32,000 nucleotides of DNA from Pseudoalteromonas tetraodonis (GCF_002310835.1 NZ_CP011042.1:697258-729257); one strand, 5' to 3'. Shown: positions 17,785 through 28,915, counted from the first letter of the stretch. A program made the numbers and translations. The notes: generated by a model from the letters alone, not told the origin.

Positions 17785-17923
17785 GATTTTTCCTTTAATA
17801 AGGTATATGGTTAATAAATCTGCGTTTAGCATAAATATCAAAATTCATTATGTCCAATACTAGACAGTATCGGACTTTAAGGTTAACCTATAAGTCTATT
17901 ATTTTCTTATATATTTTACTATT

Positions 17924-19135
17924 ATGCTTGTTGCTCTGGTCGATACATTAAAACAATTACGTTATCAAATAGCTCATCTTGAAGATAATACACTCTCATC
18001 AGAATATCCAGAACTAGCCTCTTTTATACAGCAAGTCAGCTTGACTGTAACTGAATCAAAGGCTGATCTTAATTTTTTATACCAGTTTTTATATGTTTAT
18101 GGACGAAAATCTGAGGCAACCTATAGTCGTTTTCGTAATGAGTTGGAACGTTTTTATTTATGGTCATGGCTTATAGCTGAAAAATCTGTATTTGAACTTA
18201 AGCGTGAAGATATTGAAGCCTATGTTGATTTTATGGTTGAACCGGATAAAAAATGGGCATCTAAATCTGTTCAATGGCGTTATAAAGATGAGCAAGGAAT
18301 TCGTCGGTTAAATCAAAATTGGCGCCCTTTCATGTTAAAAGAATCTATTGCGAGTCAGCAAACATTATCGGCCATGTTTACTGCCCTCAATGTATTTTAT
18401 AAATTCGCTATTTTAGAAGAAAAAACCTTTGCTAACTTTGTACCTGTTGTTAAAAAAAATAGTCCCTACTTGGTTGTGCAATCGCAAATACAAATCCCCG
18501 ATACATTAAGTGATATTCAATGGGAATATGTATTTGGCGTTACCAGAGATATATGCGAAAAAAAACCAGAGTATGAAAGAAACTTATTTACCCTCGCCTG
18601 TTTAAAAGGACTCTATCTTCGTATTTCAGAATTATCAGAGCGACCACAATGGTCACCTGTTATGTCTCATTTTTGGCAAGATAATGATGGCTTTTGGTTT
18701 TTACGAATAATGGGCAAAGGAAATAAATTACGCGATGTAACATTAAGTGATGATTTTCTTGAGTATTTAAAACGTTATCGCTTGTATCGAGGCTTGCCTG
18801 CTCTGCCCCGCGTTGATGAGTCAGACCCTCTAGTTCATAAAATTCGTGGTCAGGGTGGAATGACCGTAAGACAAATTCGCAGATTGGTACAACAAAGTTT
18901 CGATATTGCGCAACAATCTTTACTTGATGATGGATTTAAAGATGACGCGGAACAATTAGAAGCGGCCACTGCGCATTGGCTACGCCATACGGGGGCAACG
19001 CATGACGCGCAAACTCGCCCTTTAAAACATTTATCTGAAGATTTAGGCCATGCAAAAATTGCTACAACCGATCAAATTTATATTCAAACAAATATAAAAG
19101 AGCGGGCTAAATCTGGAATTAAAAGGAAAATTTAA
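17924..19135 (+). CDS. Tyrosine-type site-specific recombinase / integrase (403 aa)
   Basis: C-terminal catalytic signature: LRISEL (Arg), HWLRHTGATH (HxxR), LGHAKIATT (His) and DQIYIQ (Tyr). Long N-terminal SAM-like/core-binding region. No tRNA gene nearby. Confidence 0.85.
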   Translation: MLVALVDTLKQLRYQIAHLEDNTLSSEYPELASFIQQVSLTVTESKADLNFLYQFLYVYGRKSEATYSRFRNELERFYLWSWLIAEKSVFELKREDIEAYVDFMVEPDKKWASKSVQWRYKDEQGIRRLNQNWRPFMLKESIASQQTLSAMFTALNVFYKFAILEEKTFANFVPVVKKNSPYLVVQSQIQIPDTLSDIQWEYVFGVTRDICEKKPEYERNLFTLACLKGLYLRISELSERPQWSPVMSHFWQDNDGFWFLRIMGKGNKLRDVTLSDDFLEYLKRYRLYRGLPALPRVDESDPLVHKIRGQGGMTVRQIRRLVQQSFDIAQQSLLDDGFKDDAEQLEAATAHWLRHTGATHDAQTRPLKHLSEDLGHAKIATTDQIYIQTNIKERAKSGIKRKI

Positions 19136-20334
19136 TGGAATACTTAGTGATCTCATTTATTGGCGTTTTATTTTTAGTTTATTCCTTAACATTTCGCCAA
19201 CTAGAAAAAACCGAAGTAACGGGGCCAATGTTTTTTGTAATTGGTGGGATATTGCTTGCCACACTTTTACCTAACGAAAGTAGCAGAATAAAAACCGGCA
19301 TAGATTTTTTACTGCCCTTTATAGAATTGACACTCAGTATTTTTTTATTTTCTGATGCGGCTAAGTCAAAATTAAGTGTTTTAAGACATAGCTTTCAGTA
19401 TCCAAGTTTACTGTTATTTATCGCCCTCCCCTTAACGTTATTACTTGGGATTGCCGTTGGGTTATTTTTGTTTGCCGATTTATCTGTTATTCAAGCGGCG
19501 TTACTTGCAATAATATTAACGCCTACCGATGCGGCGTTGAGTAAAGGGTTATTGGCAAGTACGCAGGTACCTGAAAAAATTCGTGAAGGAATTAATACCG
19601 AAAGTGGTTTGAATGATGGTTTATGTGTTCCTATTTTTTTAATATTTATATTACTGGCAAAAAATCCTGAATCTGCAATCACAGCAACGCAAACGTTAAG
19701 TGTGTTTGGCAGAGAACTTGGTTTAGCCTTATTAATTGCCTTTACAAGTACCGCTATTTTTATTCCGTGTTTAAATTTTGCAATGAAGCGCCATTACTTT
19801 GCGCAAAACACGAGTCCTTTTTTATTATTAGGTTTTGCTATGGCGGTGTTTTCGATTACGCAATATTTTCATGGCAGTGGATTTATTGCGGTGTTTGTTG
19901 CGGGTTTATTATTTGATAAATACGCCACTACTAAAATAAGCAAAGAGTTGATAGAAGACTCAGAGCATATTGCTGACTTTACTTCTTTAATGATCTGGTG
20001 TTTGTTTGGATTTGTATGTGCTTATTTAGTTTTACCTAAATTAAATTTAGCGATAATAACGTATGCATTATTAAGTACGACTTTAATTAGAATAATACCG
20101 GTTATGCTGTCATTGCAATTTACAGCACTAACAATTAAAGAGCGTTTTACATTTGCTTGGTTTGGGCCAAGAGGATTGGCCTCAATTGTTTTTACCTTAA
20201 TGGTAATAGACACACAAATAGAAAACAAATTTCAAATTGCGACCATTGCCATGACAACAATTTTATTTAGTGTGTTTATTCACGGTATTAGTACAAAACC
20301 TATAGCAGATAGTTTTGCTAAAAAAACTAAATAA
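19135..20334 (+). CDS. Cation:proton antiporter (CPA1, Na+/H+ exchanger family)
   Basis: 399 aa with about 11-12 predicted TM helices. Motifs ILTPTDAA and ESGLNDG are typical of NhaP/CPA1. The start ATG overlaps the integrase stop (TAATG, 19133-19137). Confidence 0.85.
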   Translation: MEYLVISFIGVLFLVYSLTFRQLEKTEVTGPMFFVIGGILLATLLPNESSRIKTGIDFLLPFIELTLSIFLFSDAAKSKLSVLRHSFQYPSLLLFIALPLTLLLGIAVGLFLFADLSVIQAALLAIILTPTDAALSKGLLASTQVPEKIREGINTESGLNDGLCVPIFLIFILLAKNPESAITATQTLSVFGRELGLALLIAFTSTAIFIPCLNFAMKRHYFAQNTSPFLLLGFAMAVFSITQYFHGSGFIAVFVAGLLFDKYATTKISKELIEDSEHIADFTSLMIWCLFGFVCAYLVLPKLNLAIITYALLSTTLIRIIPVMLSLQFTALTIKERFTFAWFGPRGLASIVFTLMVIDTQIENKFQIATIAMTTILFSVFIHGISTKPIADSFAKKTK

Positions 20335-20344
20335 ATATAAGCAA

Positions 20345-20386
20345 AATAAAAAGGCGTACTTAATAATAAGTTACGCCTTTTTATTT
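20345..20386. terminator. Bidirectional rho-independent terminator between the antiporter gene and ydiJ
   Basis: aaggcgtactta (20351-20362) pairs with taagttacgcctt (20367-20379), with one bulge. Flanked by an A run and a T run. Confidence 0.75.
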
Positions 20387-20407
20387 TCAGCTTAATTAAT
20401 TAAATTA

Positions 20408-23400
20408 TTAACTAAGTACATTTGCCAGTAACTCTATCGGATGCTTGGGTTTAAACTTTTCATAACGTTTAACTTGGCTGCGACATGAGAATCCCGTTGA
20501 TAAAAGTTGCTCAGGTTTATTTTTATCAATAATTGGTTTCCAACTCATTTCGTAAAGCGATCGAGAGTTATCTTGGTTTTGCGCTTCATGGCCATACGTA
20601 CCCGCCATTCCACAACAACCAGTACTTGTTGTTTTTAATGTTAAACCAAGCTCATCAAAAATAGTTTTCCAAACGTTTGCTGCTTTTGGTAATGCGGTTG
20701 TTTCAGTACAGTGACTTAATAATGTAAATTCAGTATTTAAATTTTGTTTAGCCGTTAACTGTTTAAATGATTGTGTTTCTAGCCATTCATGAGCAAGTTG
20801 CACATGAAAATCACCACGGTTATTTTCTAAAATTGTATTATATTCATCGCGATAACACATAACTAAAGACGCATCTAAACCAACTAATGGCGCATTTATT
20901 TCGTTAAGTTGATTTAAAAATTCTGCGGCATTTTTAGCTGTCACTTTAAACTCATGTAAAAAACCTTTTACATGCTGAGGTTTACCATTGGGTTTAAATG
21001 GTAACAACATTGGTTTTTTTCCAAGCTGTGTGATCAGTGTAATAAAGCTCTCAACCAATTCGGCTTCGTAAAAGCTGGTAAATGGGTCTTGAACAATGAG
21101 TACATAATCATTTTGCTCATCGGCGCTTAACTTTTTAAGTAAATCTAAATCGAATTTTTGCGCTTTGTTTACACGTTTACCGAGTGCCGGAATACTTAGC
21201 TGCGGGGTATCAACATAACCGACCGTTTTTTTAATGATGCTACTAACCAATGATGTTTTTACAATTGGGTTAATAATCCGAGCAAATTTTGACATTAACG
21301 GTGCGCTATTTTCGATACTACCCACTAAATAATCTTTCAGTGGGCGCGCATAATAACTATGGTAATAATTTAAAAAACGAGCTCGAAAAGTTGGTACATC
21401 TACCTTTATTGGGCAAGCGGTAGTACACGCTTTACATGCTAAACATTCGTCCATTGATGCTTTTACTTCGTGAGAAAAATCGTAAATGCCTTTATTTTTT
21501 TCACGGCTATGAACAAAACGCTCCCACCAGGTGATCACTTCACCTTTGTTTAGCTCTTTTTCTACTTCAAGCAAATTAACATCTTTTGACTCTTGAAGTC
21601 GTAACCATTCACGCATTAAACCCGCGCGACCTTTAGGTGAGTTACGACGATCGCCGGTCACTTTATAAGATGGGCACATTGGCGAGTTTTCATCATAATT
21701 AAAACACAAGCCGTTACCATTACAGGTCATTGCATTGTTAAAACTGGTTTTAACATCAATAGAAATTTGCTTATCGAAGTAAGAACGTTTCTGCCCATCA
21801 ACACTAACTAGTGAGTCTTTACTTTCAATTGGCGTACATATTTTACCGGGGTTTATTTTATTATTAGGATCAAAAGCTGACTTTATTTTTCGTAATTGAG
21901 TAAATAAATGCTCACCAAAAAATTCAGGGCCGTATTCACTTCGGTATCCTTTGCCATGCTCGCCCCACATTAATCCACCGTATTTAGCGGTGAGTTTTAC
22001 TACCTCATCTGAAATTGTACGTAGTAATTTTTCTTGTTCTGGGTCGCACATATCCAGTGCAGGTCTAACATGTAATACACCGGCATCAACATGGCCAAAC
22101 ATACCATATTGTAAATTATAGCTGTCGAGTAATGCTCTAAATTCGACAATGTAATCGGCTAAATTTTCAGGCGGTACGGCAGTATCCTCTGCAAACGCGA
22201 GGGGCTTTTGGCTTCCTTTTACATTACCTAATAAACCCACTGATTTTTTACGCATTGCATAAATTTTTAGTATATCGCTTTTATCGCTTGTTAACTGATA
22301 GCCAATAACCCCATTAGTTTGATTTTCAACGCACTCATCTAATAATTTACATAAAGTGTCTACTTTGTCTTTTATGTCTTGTGGTGATACAGCATTAAAC
22401 TCAACCATGTTGAGTCCTTGCATATCTTTATTTGGTACATCGGTTATTAAGTCCGATACTGAATGCCAAATAATGTCTTCGCGCGCAAGATTCAAAACTT
22501 TGCTGTCAACGGTTTCAACCGAGGTAGCACGGGCATCAACCAAAAATGGTGAATGGCGAAGTGCAGAATCAAAACTGTCATATTTTATATTGATGAGTGT
22601 TTTAAATTCAGCAATGGGTGTTAGGTTTAATTTCGCCTCAGTAACTATACCTAATGAGCCTTCAGAACCTGTAATTAGTCGACTCATATCAAAAGTTTGT
22701 AAGTCTTCACTTAGTACATGCTCTAGGTCATACCCAGTTAAGAAGCGATTTAATCGTGGGAATTTGGCTAATATAGCGTCGCGTTCACTAATTGAAATAT
22801 CTAAAACTGTTTTGTATATTTGCCCAATTAATGAGTCTTGATCGGCAATTATTTTTGCTTTTTCTATGTCTATTGGGCTGGTACACATTGCTGTGCCGTC
22901 GACTAAATACGTGGTTAGCCCTAAAACATGGTCGCTGGTTTTGCCATAAACTAATGAACCTTGGCCAGATGCATCTGTACTGATCATGCCGCCAATGGTG
23001 GCGCGGTTACTGGTAGATAAATCGGGTGAAAAGAAAAATCCATACGGTTTTAAAAAGTCGTTAAGTTGATCTTTTATCACGCCCGTTTGAACTCGTACCC
23101 AACCTTCTTCTACATTTATTTCGAGGATTTCACGCATGTAACGTGATAAATCAACCACAATACCTGGGGTTAAAGACTGTCCGTTAGTGCCTGTGCCGCC
23201 ACCGCGAGGACCAAAAGTTAACGACAAAAACGGGTCATGAGATGCAGTTTGTAAGGCAATTTGAATGTCTTTTTCACTTTTTGGAAAAATAACACCTTGC
23301 GGAAGCTGCTGGTAAATACTGTTATCGGTTGATGCAGTCAGCCTCGTTGCATAACTGGCGTCTGTATCTCCAGTAAACCCTTGATTTTTTATGGTATTTA

Positions 23401-23455
23401 AGTAATTTGCAACCAATTCGGTCGCGGCATCTTGTTGTGTAATCGTTGCTATCAT
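20408..23455 (-). CDS. ydiJ: FAD-binding and Fe-S-binding oxidoreductase YdiJ (D-2-hydroxyglutarate dehydrogenase-like)
   Basis: 1015 aa (E. coli YdiJ is about 1018 aa). The N-terminus ..NQGFTGDTDASYATRLTASTDNSIYQQLP.. resembles E. coli ..QQGFTGDTATSYADRLTMSTDNSIYQLLP... A CxxCxxCxxxCP ferredoxin-type motif (CLACKACTTACP) is present. Confidence 0.9.
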   Translation of the reverse strand: MIATITQQDAATELVANYLNTIKNQGFTGDTDASYATRLTASTDNSIYQQLPQGVIFPKSEKDIQIALQTASHDPFLSLTFGPRGGGTGTNGQSLTPGIVVDLSRYMREILEINVEEGWVRVQTGVIKDQLNDFLKPYGFFFSPDLSTSNRATIGGMISTDASGQGSLVYGKTSDHVLGLTTYLVDGTAMCTSPIDIEKAKIIADQDSLIGQIYKTVLDISISERDAILAKFPRLNRFLTGYDLEHVLSEDLQTFDMSRLITGSEGSLGIVTEAKLNLTPIAEFKTLINIKYDSFDSALRHSPFLVDARATSVETVDSKVLNLAREDIIWHSVSDLITDVPNKDMQGLNMVEFNAVSPQDIKDKVDTLCKLLDECVENQTNGVIGYQLTSDKSDILKIYAMRKKSVGLLGNVKGSQKPLAFAEDTAVPPENLADYIVEFRALLDSYNLQYGMFGHVDAGVLHVRPALDMCDPEQEKLLRTISDEVVKLTAKYGGLMWGEHGKGYRSEYGPEFFGEHLFTQLRKIKSAFDPNNKINPGKICTPIESKDSLVSVDGQKRSYFDKQISIDVKTSFNNAMTCNGNGLCFNYDENSPMCPSYKVTGDRRNSPKGRAGLMREWLRLQESKDVNLLEVEKELNKGEVITWWERFVHSREKNKGIYDFSHEVKASMDECLACKACTTACPIKVDVPTFRARFLNYYHSYYARPLKDYLVGSIENSAPLMSKFARIINPIVKTSLVSSIIKKTVGYVDTPQLSIPALGKRVNKAQKFDLDLLKKLSADEQNDYVLIVQDPFTSFYEAELVESFITLITQLGKKPMLLPFKPNGKPQHVKGFLHEFKVTAKNAAEFLNQLNEINAPLVGLDASLVMCYRDEYNTILENNRGDFHVQLAHEWLETQSFKQLTAKQNLNTEFTLLSHCTETTALPKAANVWKTIFDELGLTLKTTSTGCCGMAGTYGHEAQNQDNSRSLYEMSWKPIIDKNKPEQLLSTGFSCRSQVKRYEKFKPKHPIELLANVLS

Positions 23456-23599
23456 GGCGGCGCTTTTTAATGCATTTGTGTAATTATATCATGGTGATGG
23501 CTAATAGAAATTGAAGATTTTACAGTTTGTAACACTCTTTTAATCGTAATATGAGCAGCTGCAATTATAATCAAATTAAACGCCTACTATGAGGTTTAT

Positions 23600-23818
23600 A
23601 TGAAAAAACTACTTATACAGATCAGCGGGACACTGTTTATTTTATTAGGACTACTATTTGCCGTAGTACCTGGACCCTCGTTAATATTTTTTATTGCAGG
23701 TTTACTGTGCTTTTCTATGTATTACCCAAAAGCGAGAGGTTATTTAGCGTGGTGTCAAAAAGCGCTTACTCGTTCATGTGCTTATTTAGATAAAAAATTA
23801 GCAAAACACACATTTTAA
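23600..23818 (+). CDS. Small two-TM membrane protein (possibly PGPGW family)
   Basis: GAGG lies 5 nt upstream of ATG 23600. 72 aa with two hydrophobic helices around VPGPS. Followed by a strong terminator. Confidence 0.5.
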   Translation: MKKLLIQISGTLFILLGLLFAVVPGPSLIFFIAGLLCFSMYYPKARGYLAWCQKALTRSCAYLDKKLAKHTF

Positions 23819-23823
23819 GCCAT

Positions 23824-23854
23824 AAAAAATGCCAGCAGATGCTGGCATTTTTTT
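23824..23854. terminator. Bidirectional rho-independent terminator (small ORF / ppsA)
   Basis: aaaaa-atgccagc-agat-gctggcat-ttttttt: a perfect 8-bp stem with a 4-nt loop. Confidence 0.88.
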
Positions 23855-23865
23855 AACAAGGTAAT

Positions 23866-26241
23866 TTATTTAGCGAGTTTATCAGCTAAGTATAACCATG
23901 TTTCTAGTACTGTATCTGGGTTAAGCGAGACAGAATCAATGCCCTGCTCTACTAACCATGCAGCAAAATCTTCATGATCTGAAGGACCTTGACCACAAAT
24001 ACCTACGTACTTACCTTTTTCTTTTGCTGTTTTAATAGCCATAGAAAGAAGTTTTTTGATTGCAGGGTCGCGCTCATCAAATAAGTGCGCAATTAAACCT
24101 GAATCACGGTCAAGACCAAGCGTTAACTGAGTTAAATCATTAGAGCCGATAGAGAAACCATCGAAGTATTCTAAAAATTCTTCAGCCATTAATGCATTTG
24201 ACGGAAGTTCACACATCATAATTACTTTAAGACCATTTTCGCCACGTTTAAGGCCATGCTCTTCAAGTAATTCAATAACGCGTTTACCTTCTTCAAGGGT
24301 ACGTACGAATGGGATCATGATTTCGATGTTAGTCATATCCATGGTATTTCTAACACGTTTTATTGCTTCACACTCAAGGGCAAAACAATCACGGAAATCT
24401 TCAGAAATATAACGCGCAGCACCACGGAAACCAATCATTGGGTTTTCTTCTTCTGGCTCGTATTGCTGGCCGCCCACTAAGTTTGCGTATTCGTTTGATT
24501 TAAAATCAGACATACGCACAATTACACGCTCTGGAGCAAACGCACAACCTAGGGTAGAAATACCTTCAACAAGTTTGCCAATATAGAATTCAACAGGTGA
24601 TTCGTAACCGGCAATCATGTCAGTAATTTCTGCTTTTAATGCATCAGTTTGTGCATCAAAATTTAATAACGCTTTAGGGTGAACACCAATCATACGGTTG
24701 ATGATAAACTCAACGCGCGCAAGGCCAACACCTGAATGTGGTAAACGAGCAAAATCGAATGCGCGATCTGGGTTACCTACGTTCATCATTACTTTCATTG
24801 GCAGTTCAGGCATTTCGTCTACGCGTGAAGTTAACACTTCAAAGTCTAAAATACCTTCGTAGATGAAACCTGTATCGCCTTCGGCACATGATACGGTAAC
24901 TTCTTGACCTGCTTTAATTAAGTCTGTTGCATTACCACAACCAACAACGGCTGGAATACCTAACTCACGTGCAATAATTGCAGCATGACATGTACGACCA
25001 CCACGATTTGTAACAATCGCAGCCGCGCGTTTCATGATAGGTTCCCAATCTGGGTCGGTCATGTCGGTAACTAAAATGTCACCTACTTGTACTTGGTCCA
25101 TCTCTTTGATTGAATCAAGTACACGCACAACACCACTACCAATTTTATGACCAATTGCACGGCCTTCAACAACAACATTGCTGCTGCCATTAAGTTGGAA
25201 GCGTTCCATTACGTTAGTGTCTTCGTTTGAACGAACTGTTTCTGGACGCGCCTGAACTATATATAGTTTGCCATCGTTACCATCTTTTGCCCATTCGATG
25301 TCCATTGGACGACCGTAATGTTTTTCAATGATTACAGCTTGTTTGGCAAGGTTTTGCACTTCTTCATCTGTAATCGAGAATTTGTTTGAAAGTGCTGGAT
25401 CTACATCAACAATTTCTACTTGTTTGCCGTGGGCTTTGTCTTGAGAGTAAATCATTTGAATGGCTTTAGAGCCAATATTACGACGAACTACTGATGGCTT
25501 GTTTTTAAGCAGCGTTGGTTTATGAACATAAAATTCATCAGGATTTACCGCACCCTGTACAACCATTTCACCCAAACCATAGCTTGATGTAATAAATACA
25601 ACATCTTCAAAACCAGATTCAGTATCAATACTAAACATAACGCCTGATGCTGATTTATCTGAGCGAACCATGCGTTGAATACCTGCTGATAAGGCAACAC
25701 CACGGTGATCGTAGCCTTGGTGAACACGATAAGAAATTGCACGGTCATTAAATAACGAAGCGAATACGTGTTTGATGGCTGTCATTACAGAATCAATACC
25801 AACAACGTTTAAAAACGTTTCTTGTTGGCCTGCAAAAGAGGCATCTGGCATATCTTCAGCGGTTGCTGATGAACGAACAGCGAATGAAACATCTGCAGTT
25901 GTGTCGCCATGTAGCTGGCTGTATGCGTCGCGGATTGCTTTGTCTAGACTAGGTTGGAATGGGGTATCGATAATCCACTGGCGGATATCGGCGCCGACTT
26001 TGGCGAGTGTGTTTACATCATCAACATCGAGTGTATCTAAAATGTCATGAATTTTTGCGTTGAGTCCTGATTGTTCTAAAAACTCGTTAAAAGCGTCTGA
26101 GGTAGTAGCAAAACCACCTGGGACTTGCACACCTGCGTTAGCTAAGTTTGAAATCATTTCACCAAGTGACGCATTTTTACCGCCAACTCGAGGAACATCT
26201 TGCATACCAAGCTCTTGATACCAGAGAACGTATTCTTGCAC
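23866..26241 (-). CDS. ppsA: Phosphoenolpyruvate synthase (PEP synthase, water dikinase)
   Basis: [25 protein letters not shown] resembles E. coli Pps[26 protein letters not shown]. The track start at 26262 is a TTG. GTG 26241 is preceded by GGAGAA and gives 791 aa (E. coli 792 aa). Confidence 0.95.
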   Translation of the reverse strand: MQEYVLWYQELGMQDVPRVGGKNASLGEMISNLANAGVQVPGGFATTSDAFNEFLEQSGLNAKIHDILDTLDVDDVNTLAKVGADIRQWIIDTPFQPSLDKAIRDAYSQLHGDTTADVSFAVRSSATAEDMPDASFAGQQETFLNVVGIDSVMTAIKHVFASLFNDRAISYRVHQGYDHRGVALSAGIQRMVRSDKSASGVMFSIDTESGFEDVVFITSSYGLGEMVVQGAVNPDEFYVHKPTLLKNKPSVVRRNIGSKAIQMIYSQDKAHGKQVEIVDVDPALSNKFSITDEEVQNLAKQAVIIEKHYGRPMDIEWAKDGNDGKLYIVQARPETVRSNEDTNVMERFQLNGSSNVVVEGRAIGHKIGSGVVRVLDSIKEMDQVQVGDILVTDMTDPDWEPIMKRAAAIVTNRGGRTCHAAIIARELGIPAVVGCGNATDLIKAGQEVTVSCAEGDTGFIYEGILDFEVLTSRVDEMPELPMKVMMNVGNPDRAFDFARLPHSGVGLARVEFIINRMIGVHPKALLNFDAQTDALKAEITDMIAGYESPVEFYIGKLVEGISTLGCAFAPERVIVRMSDFKSNEYANLVGGQQYEPEEENPMIGFRGAARYISEDFRDCFALECEAIKRVRNTMDMTNIEIMIPFVRTLEEGKRVIELLEEHGLKRGENGLKVIMMCELPSNALMAEEFLEYFDGFSIGSNDLTQLTLGLDRDSGLIAHLFDERDPAIKKLLSMAIKTAKEKGKYVGICGQGPSDHEDFAAWLVEQGIDSVSLNPDTVLETWLYLADKLAK

Positions 26242-26394
26242 GGATCTTTCTCCAAAAAACAAATTGTAGTAGTAACTGTGAGAGTTAAGAAAGAAAACCT
26301 TTTATAAAGGTCGCCACCATTCTACACTGGCAAACGTCCCCACGTAAACCGTGATACACTGATTTTAAAATTAAATGTAATAAAAAGAGGCTTT

Positions 26395-27204
26395 ATGAGA
26401 ACTGCGTTTTATATTTCAGATGGCACAGCAATCACATCTGAAGTGTTTGGTCATGCGACTTTATCTTTATTCCCTGTCGAATTTAATCATAAAACAATCC
26501 CTTTTGTAGAAACTGAAGAAAAAGCGCATGAAATAAAAGCGCTTATTAACGCCACGTCATCTAAGCAAGGTGAAAAGCCTTTGGTGTTTTTTACTTTTGT
26601 GAATCATAAGCTGTCTGAGATTATTCGCTCAGCGGATGCAGTTTCATACGATTTTTTAAGTACCTATAGTGAAAAAATTGAAAAAGAATTAAATGTAGCG
26701 CCAGTACCAAAAGTACACAGAACACACTCTATTCATGAAAAAAGTTATGATTTTAGAATTGATGCCGTTAATTACGCGTTGATGAATGATGATGGTGGCA
26801 ACATTAAAAACTTTGCGGAGGCTGATATTATTTTAGTTGGCGTTAGTCGAAGTGGTAAAACACCCACCAGTCTTTATTTAGCTTTGCAGTATGGCATTAA
26901 AGCAGCCAATTACCCGATCACCGAAGACGACTTAGAAAGCGAAGGTTTACCAAAATGCTTAGTGCCTTATAAGCATAAACTGTTTGGCTTAACTATTGAT
27001 CCAGAGCGTTTGGCTGCAATAAGAGACAGGCGCATGGCAAATTCAAAATACGCATCAATCAGGCAGTGTCGTATTGAAGTGCGCGAAGTTGAAATGCTGT
27101 ATAAAAAACATAAAATTGCACATTTAAATTCAACTCACCATTCAGTTGAAGAAATTTCAGCAAAAATCATTTCTGATACAGGCCTTGAGCGTCGTAAGTA
27201 CTAA
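26395..27204 (+). CDS. ppsR: PEP synthase regulatory protein (bifunctional kinase/pyrophosphorylase, DUF299)
   Basis: Divergent from ppsA, as in E. coli. MRTAFYISDGTAITSEVFGHA N-terminus and P-loop GVSRSGKTPTS. Confidence 0.92.
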   Translation: MRTAFYISDGTAITSEVFGHATLSLFPVEFNHKTIPFVETEEKAHEIKALINATSSKQGEKPLVFFTFVNHKLSEIIRSADAVSYDFLSTYSEKIEKELNVAPVPKVHRTHSIHEKSYDFRIDAVNYALMNDDGGNIKNFAEADIILVGVSRSGKTPTSLYLALQYGIKAANYPITEDDLESEGLPKCLVPYKHKLFGLTIDPERLAAIRDRRMANSKYASIRQCRIEVREVEMLYKKHKIAHLNSTHHSVEEISAKIISDTGLERRKY

Positions 27205-27246
27205 CAAACTAATGTGTGATTTAAGCATGTAATGACACACAGCACA

Positions 27247-27277
27247 CAAAAAAGCCGCTAAATAATAGCGGCTTTTA
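27247..27277. terminator. Bidirectional rho-independent terminator (ppsR / DAHP synthase)
   Basis: aaaaa-agccgcta-aataa-tagcggct-tttt. Confidence 0.85.
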
Positions 27278-27293
27278 ACTTATTAGGAGAGTA

Positions 27294-28649
27294 TTACTTG
27301 CGAGCATCTTTTAAAAGGTCTGCAACTAAAAAGCCAAGCTCTAATACTTGATCGGCATTTAAGCGAGGGTCACATTGAGTTTTGTAACGCTGCGCTAAGT
27401 CATCATCTGATAAACCGTATGCACCACCGGTACATTCAGTAACGTGTTGTCCGGTCATTTCTAAATGAACACCACCTGCGTATGAGCCTTCAGCTTTGTG
27501 AACAGCGAAGAACTGACTAATTTCGCGCATAATGTTATCAAAGCTGCGAGTTTTATAACCTGAGCTGGCTTTTTCAGTATTGCCATGCATTGGATCTGAG
27601 CTCCAAATTACTTTGCGACCTTCTTGCTGTACTTTACGCACCAGCGCAGGTAACTTCTCTGGTAATACATCCGCACCCATTCGCGTGATAAGTGTTAATC
27701 GGCCTGGGATATTATCCGGGTTAAGCGCATCGATTAAACGGATAAGCTCGTCTGGATCCATACCTGGTCCAACTTTAACGCCAATTGGGTTTTTAATACC
27801 TTTAAAAAATTCAATATGGGCATGGTCTAGCTGGCGAGTACGTTCACCAATCCAAACAAAGTGTGCTGAACAATCGTACCAGTCACCTGATAAATGGTCT
27901 CTACGTGTTAATGCTTCTTCGTAGCCTAGTAATAACGCTTCGTGTGACGTGTATAAATCAGTTTCTTTTAAGCTTGGCGCTATAGTTGAATTAATACCAC
28001 ACACTTCCATAAATTCTAACGCGTCTTGAATTTTGTCTGCAAGTTGTTGGTATTTTGCTTTTTGTGGATTAGCAGCAACAAAGCCCATGTTCCAACGGTT
28101 AACTTGATGTAAGTCGGCAAGTCCACCTTGTGCAAAAGCGCGTAGCAAATTTAGCGTTGCCGCACTGTGATGATATGCCGTCATTAAACGTTGAGGGTCT
28201 GGAATACGTGCTTCTTCAGTAAACTCAAAGTTATTTACTATATCACCACGGTAAGATGGCAACGAAACGCCGTCTATTGTTTCTAAGTCGGCTGAACGTG
28301 GCTTAGCGTATTGACCTGCCATACGTGCAATTTTAACAACCGGGCACTTTCCACCATAGGTTAATACTACAGCCATTTGTAAGATGGTTTTAAATGTATC
28401 GCGAATATTAGCGGCATTAAAGTCGCTAAACGATTCTGCACAATCTCCACCTTGAAGTAAAAAGGCACGGCCTTCGCATACGTCTTCAAGTTGTTTAAAT
28501 AAACTTCTTGTTTCTTCGGCAAATACTAAAGGCGGTGCACTTTTCAACTGGCTTTCTACCGACTTTAATACGTCTTGATCTGGGTACTGTGGTTGCTGCA
28601 GTATTGGCAGTTCTCTCCAGCTATTTGGGTTCCACGATTGCATGTTCAT
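27294..28649 (-). CDS. Class II (plant/actinobacterial-type) 3-deoxy-7-phosphoheptulonate (DAHP) synthase
   Basis: [47 protein letters not shown] and CDPRLN are collinear with my recollection of M. tuberculosis AroG (class II). 451 aa. Confidence 0.93.
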   Translation of the reverse strand: MNMQSWNPNSWRELPILQQPQYPDQDVLKSVESQLKSAPPLVFAEETRSLFKQLEDVCEGRAFLLQGGDCAESFSDFNAANIRDTFKTILQMAVVLTYGGKCPVVKIARMAGQYAKPRSADLETIDGVSLPSYRGDIVNNFEFTEEARIPDPQRLMTAYHHSAATLNLLRAFAQGGLADLHQVNRWNMGFVAANPQKAKYQQLADKIQDALEFMEVCGINSTIAPSLKETDLYTSHEALLLGYEEALTRRDHLSGDWYDCSAHFVWIGERTRQLDHAHIEFFKGIKNPIGVKVGPGMDPDELIRLIDALNPDNIPGRLTLITRMGADVLPEKLPALVRKVQQEGRKVIWSSDPMHGNTEKASSGYKTRSFDNIMREISQFFAVHKAEGSYAGGVHLEMTGQHVTECTGGAYGLSDDDLAQRYKTQCDPRLNADQVLELGFLVADLLKDARK

Positions 28650-28915
28650 TCCTCATTCCTATTACCTGATGTAATGAAATTAACGTATGCAGTGTGCTTT
28701 GTTCAAGGACTAAATACACTATTTACCAATTATTTAGTTATTAGTTAAATTTTAATAAGATTTAAGAGCCTATTTTGAGTTACTTTTGATGAGCAAGTTT
28801 ATAAAGCAAAAATAAATAAACATTTAAAAACAATAATCTAAGTAGGTAGAGTGTGCATTATAATGGCTTGAGTAGAAGCTTAACAGCTAAGCGATGGTGA
28901 CACAGATAGTAATAG

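Noticed and set aside
17842-20400. Classical integrase-bounded genomic island with a tRNA-type att site
   Set aside because: There is no tRNA/tmRNA gene, and I could find no direct repeats bounding the SYLF-integrase-antiporter block. It is kept only as a low-weight hypothesis under the integrase finding.
22356-22983. ORFs antisense to ydiJ (22356-22841, 22792-22983), and likewise 25545-25748 (alternative same-strand frame) and 25772-26050 (antisense) within ppsA, and 27580-27924 antisense to the DAHP synthase gene
   Set aside because: These are shadow ORFs opposite or within strongly supported conserved genes. They have no RBS or recognisable homology.
28838-28856. Possible fourth Ter-like site, CTAAGTAGGTAGAGTGTGC
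   Set aside because: It shares only TAAGTA and a loose GTGTG with the three good sites, and indels are needed to align it. The evidence is insufficient.
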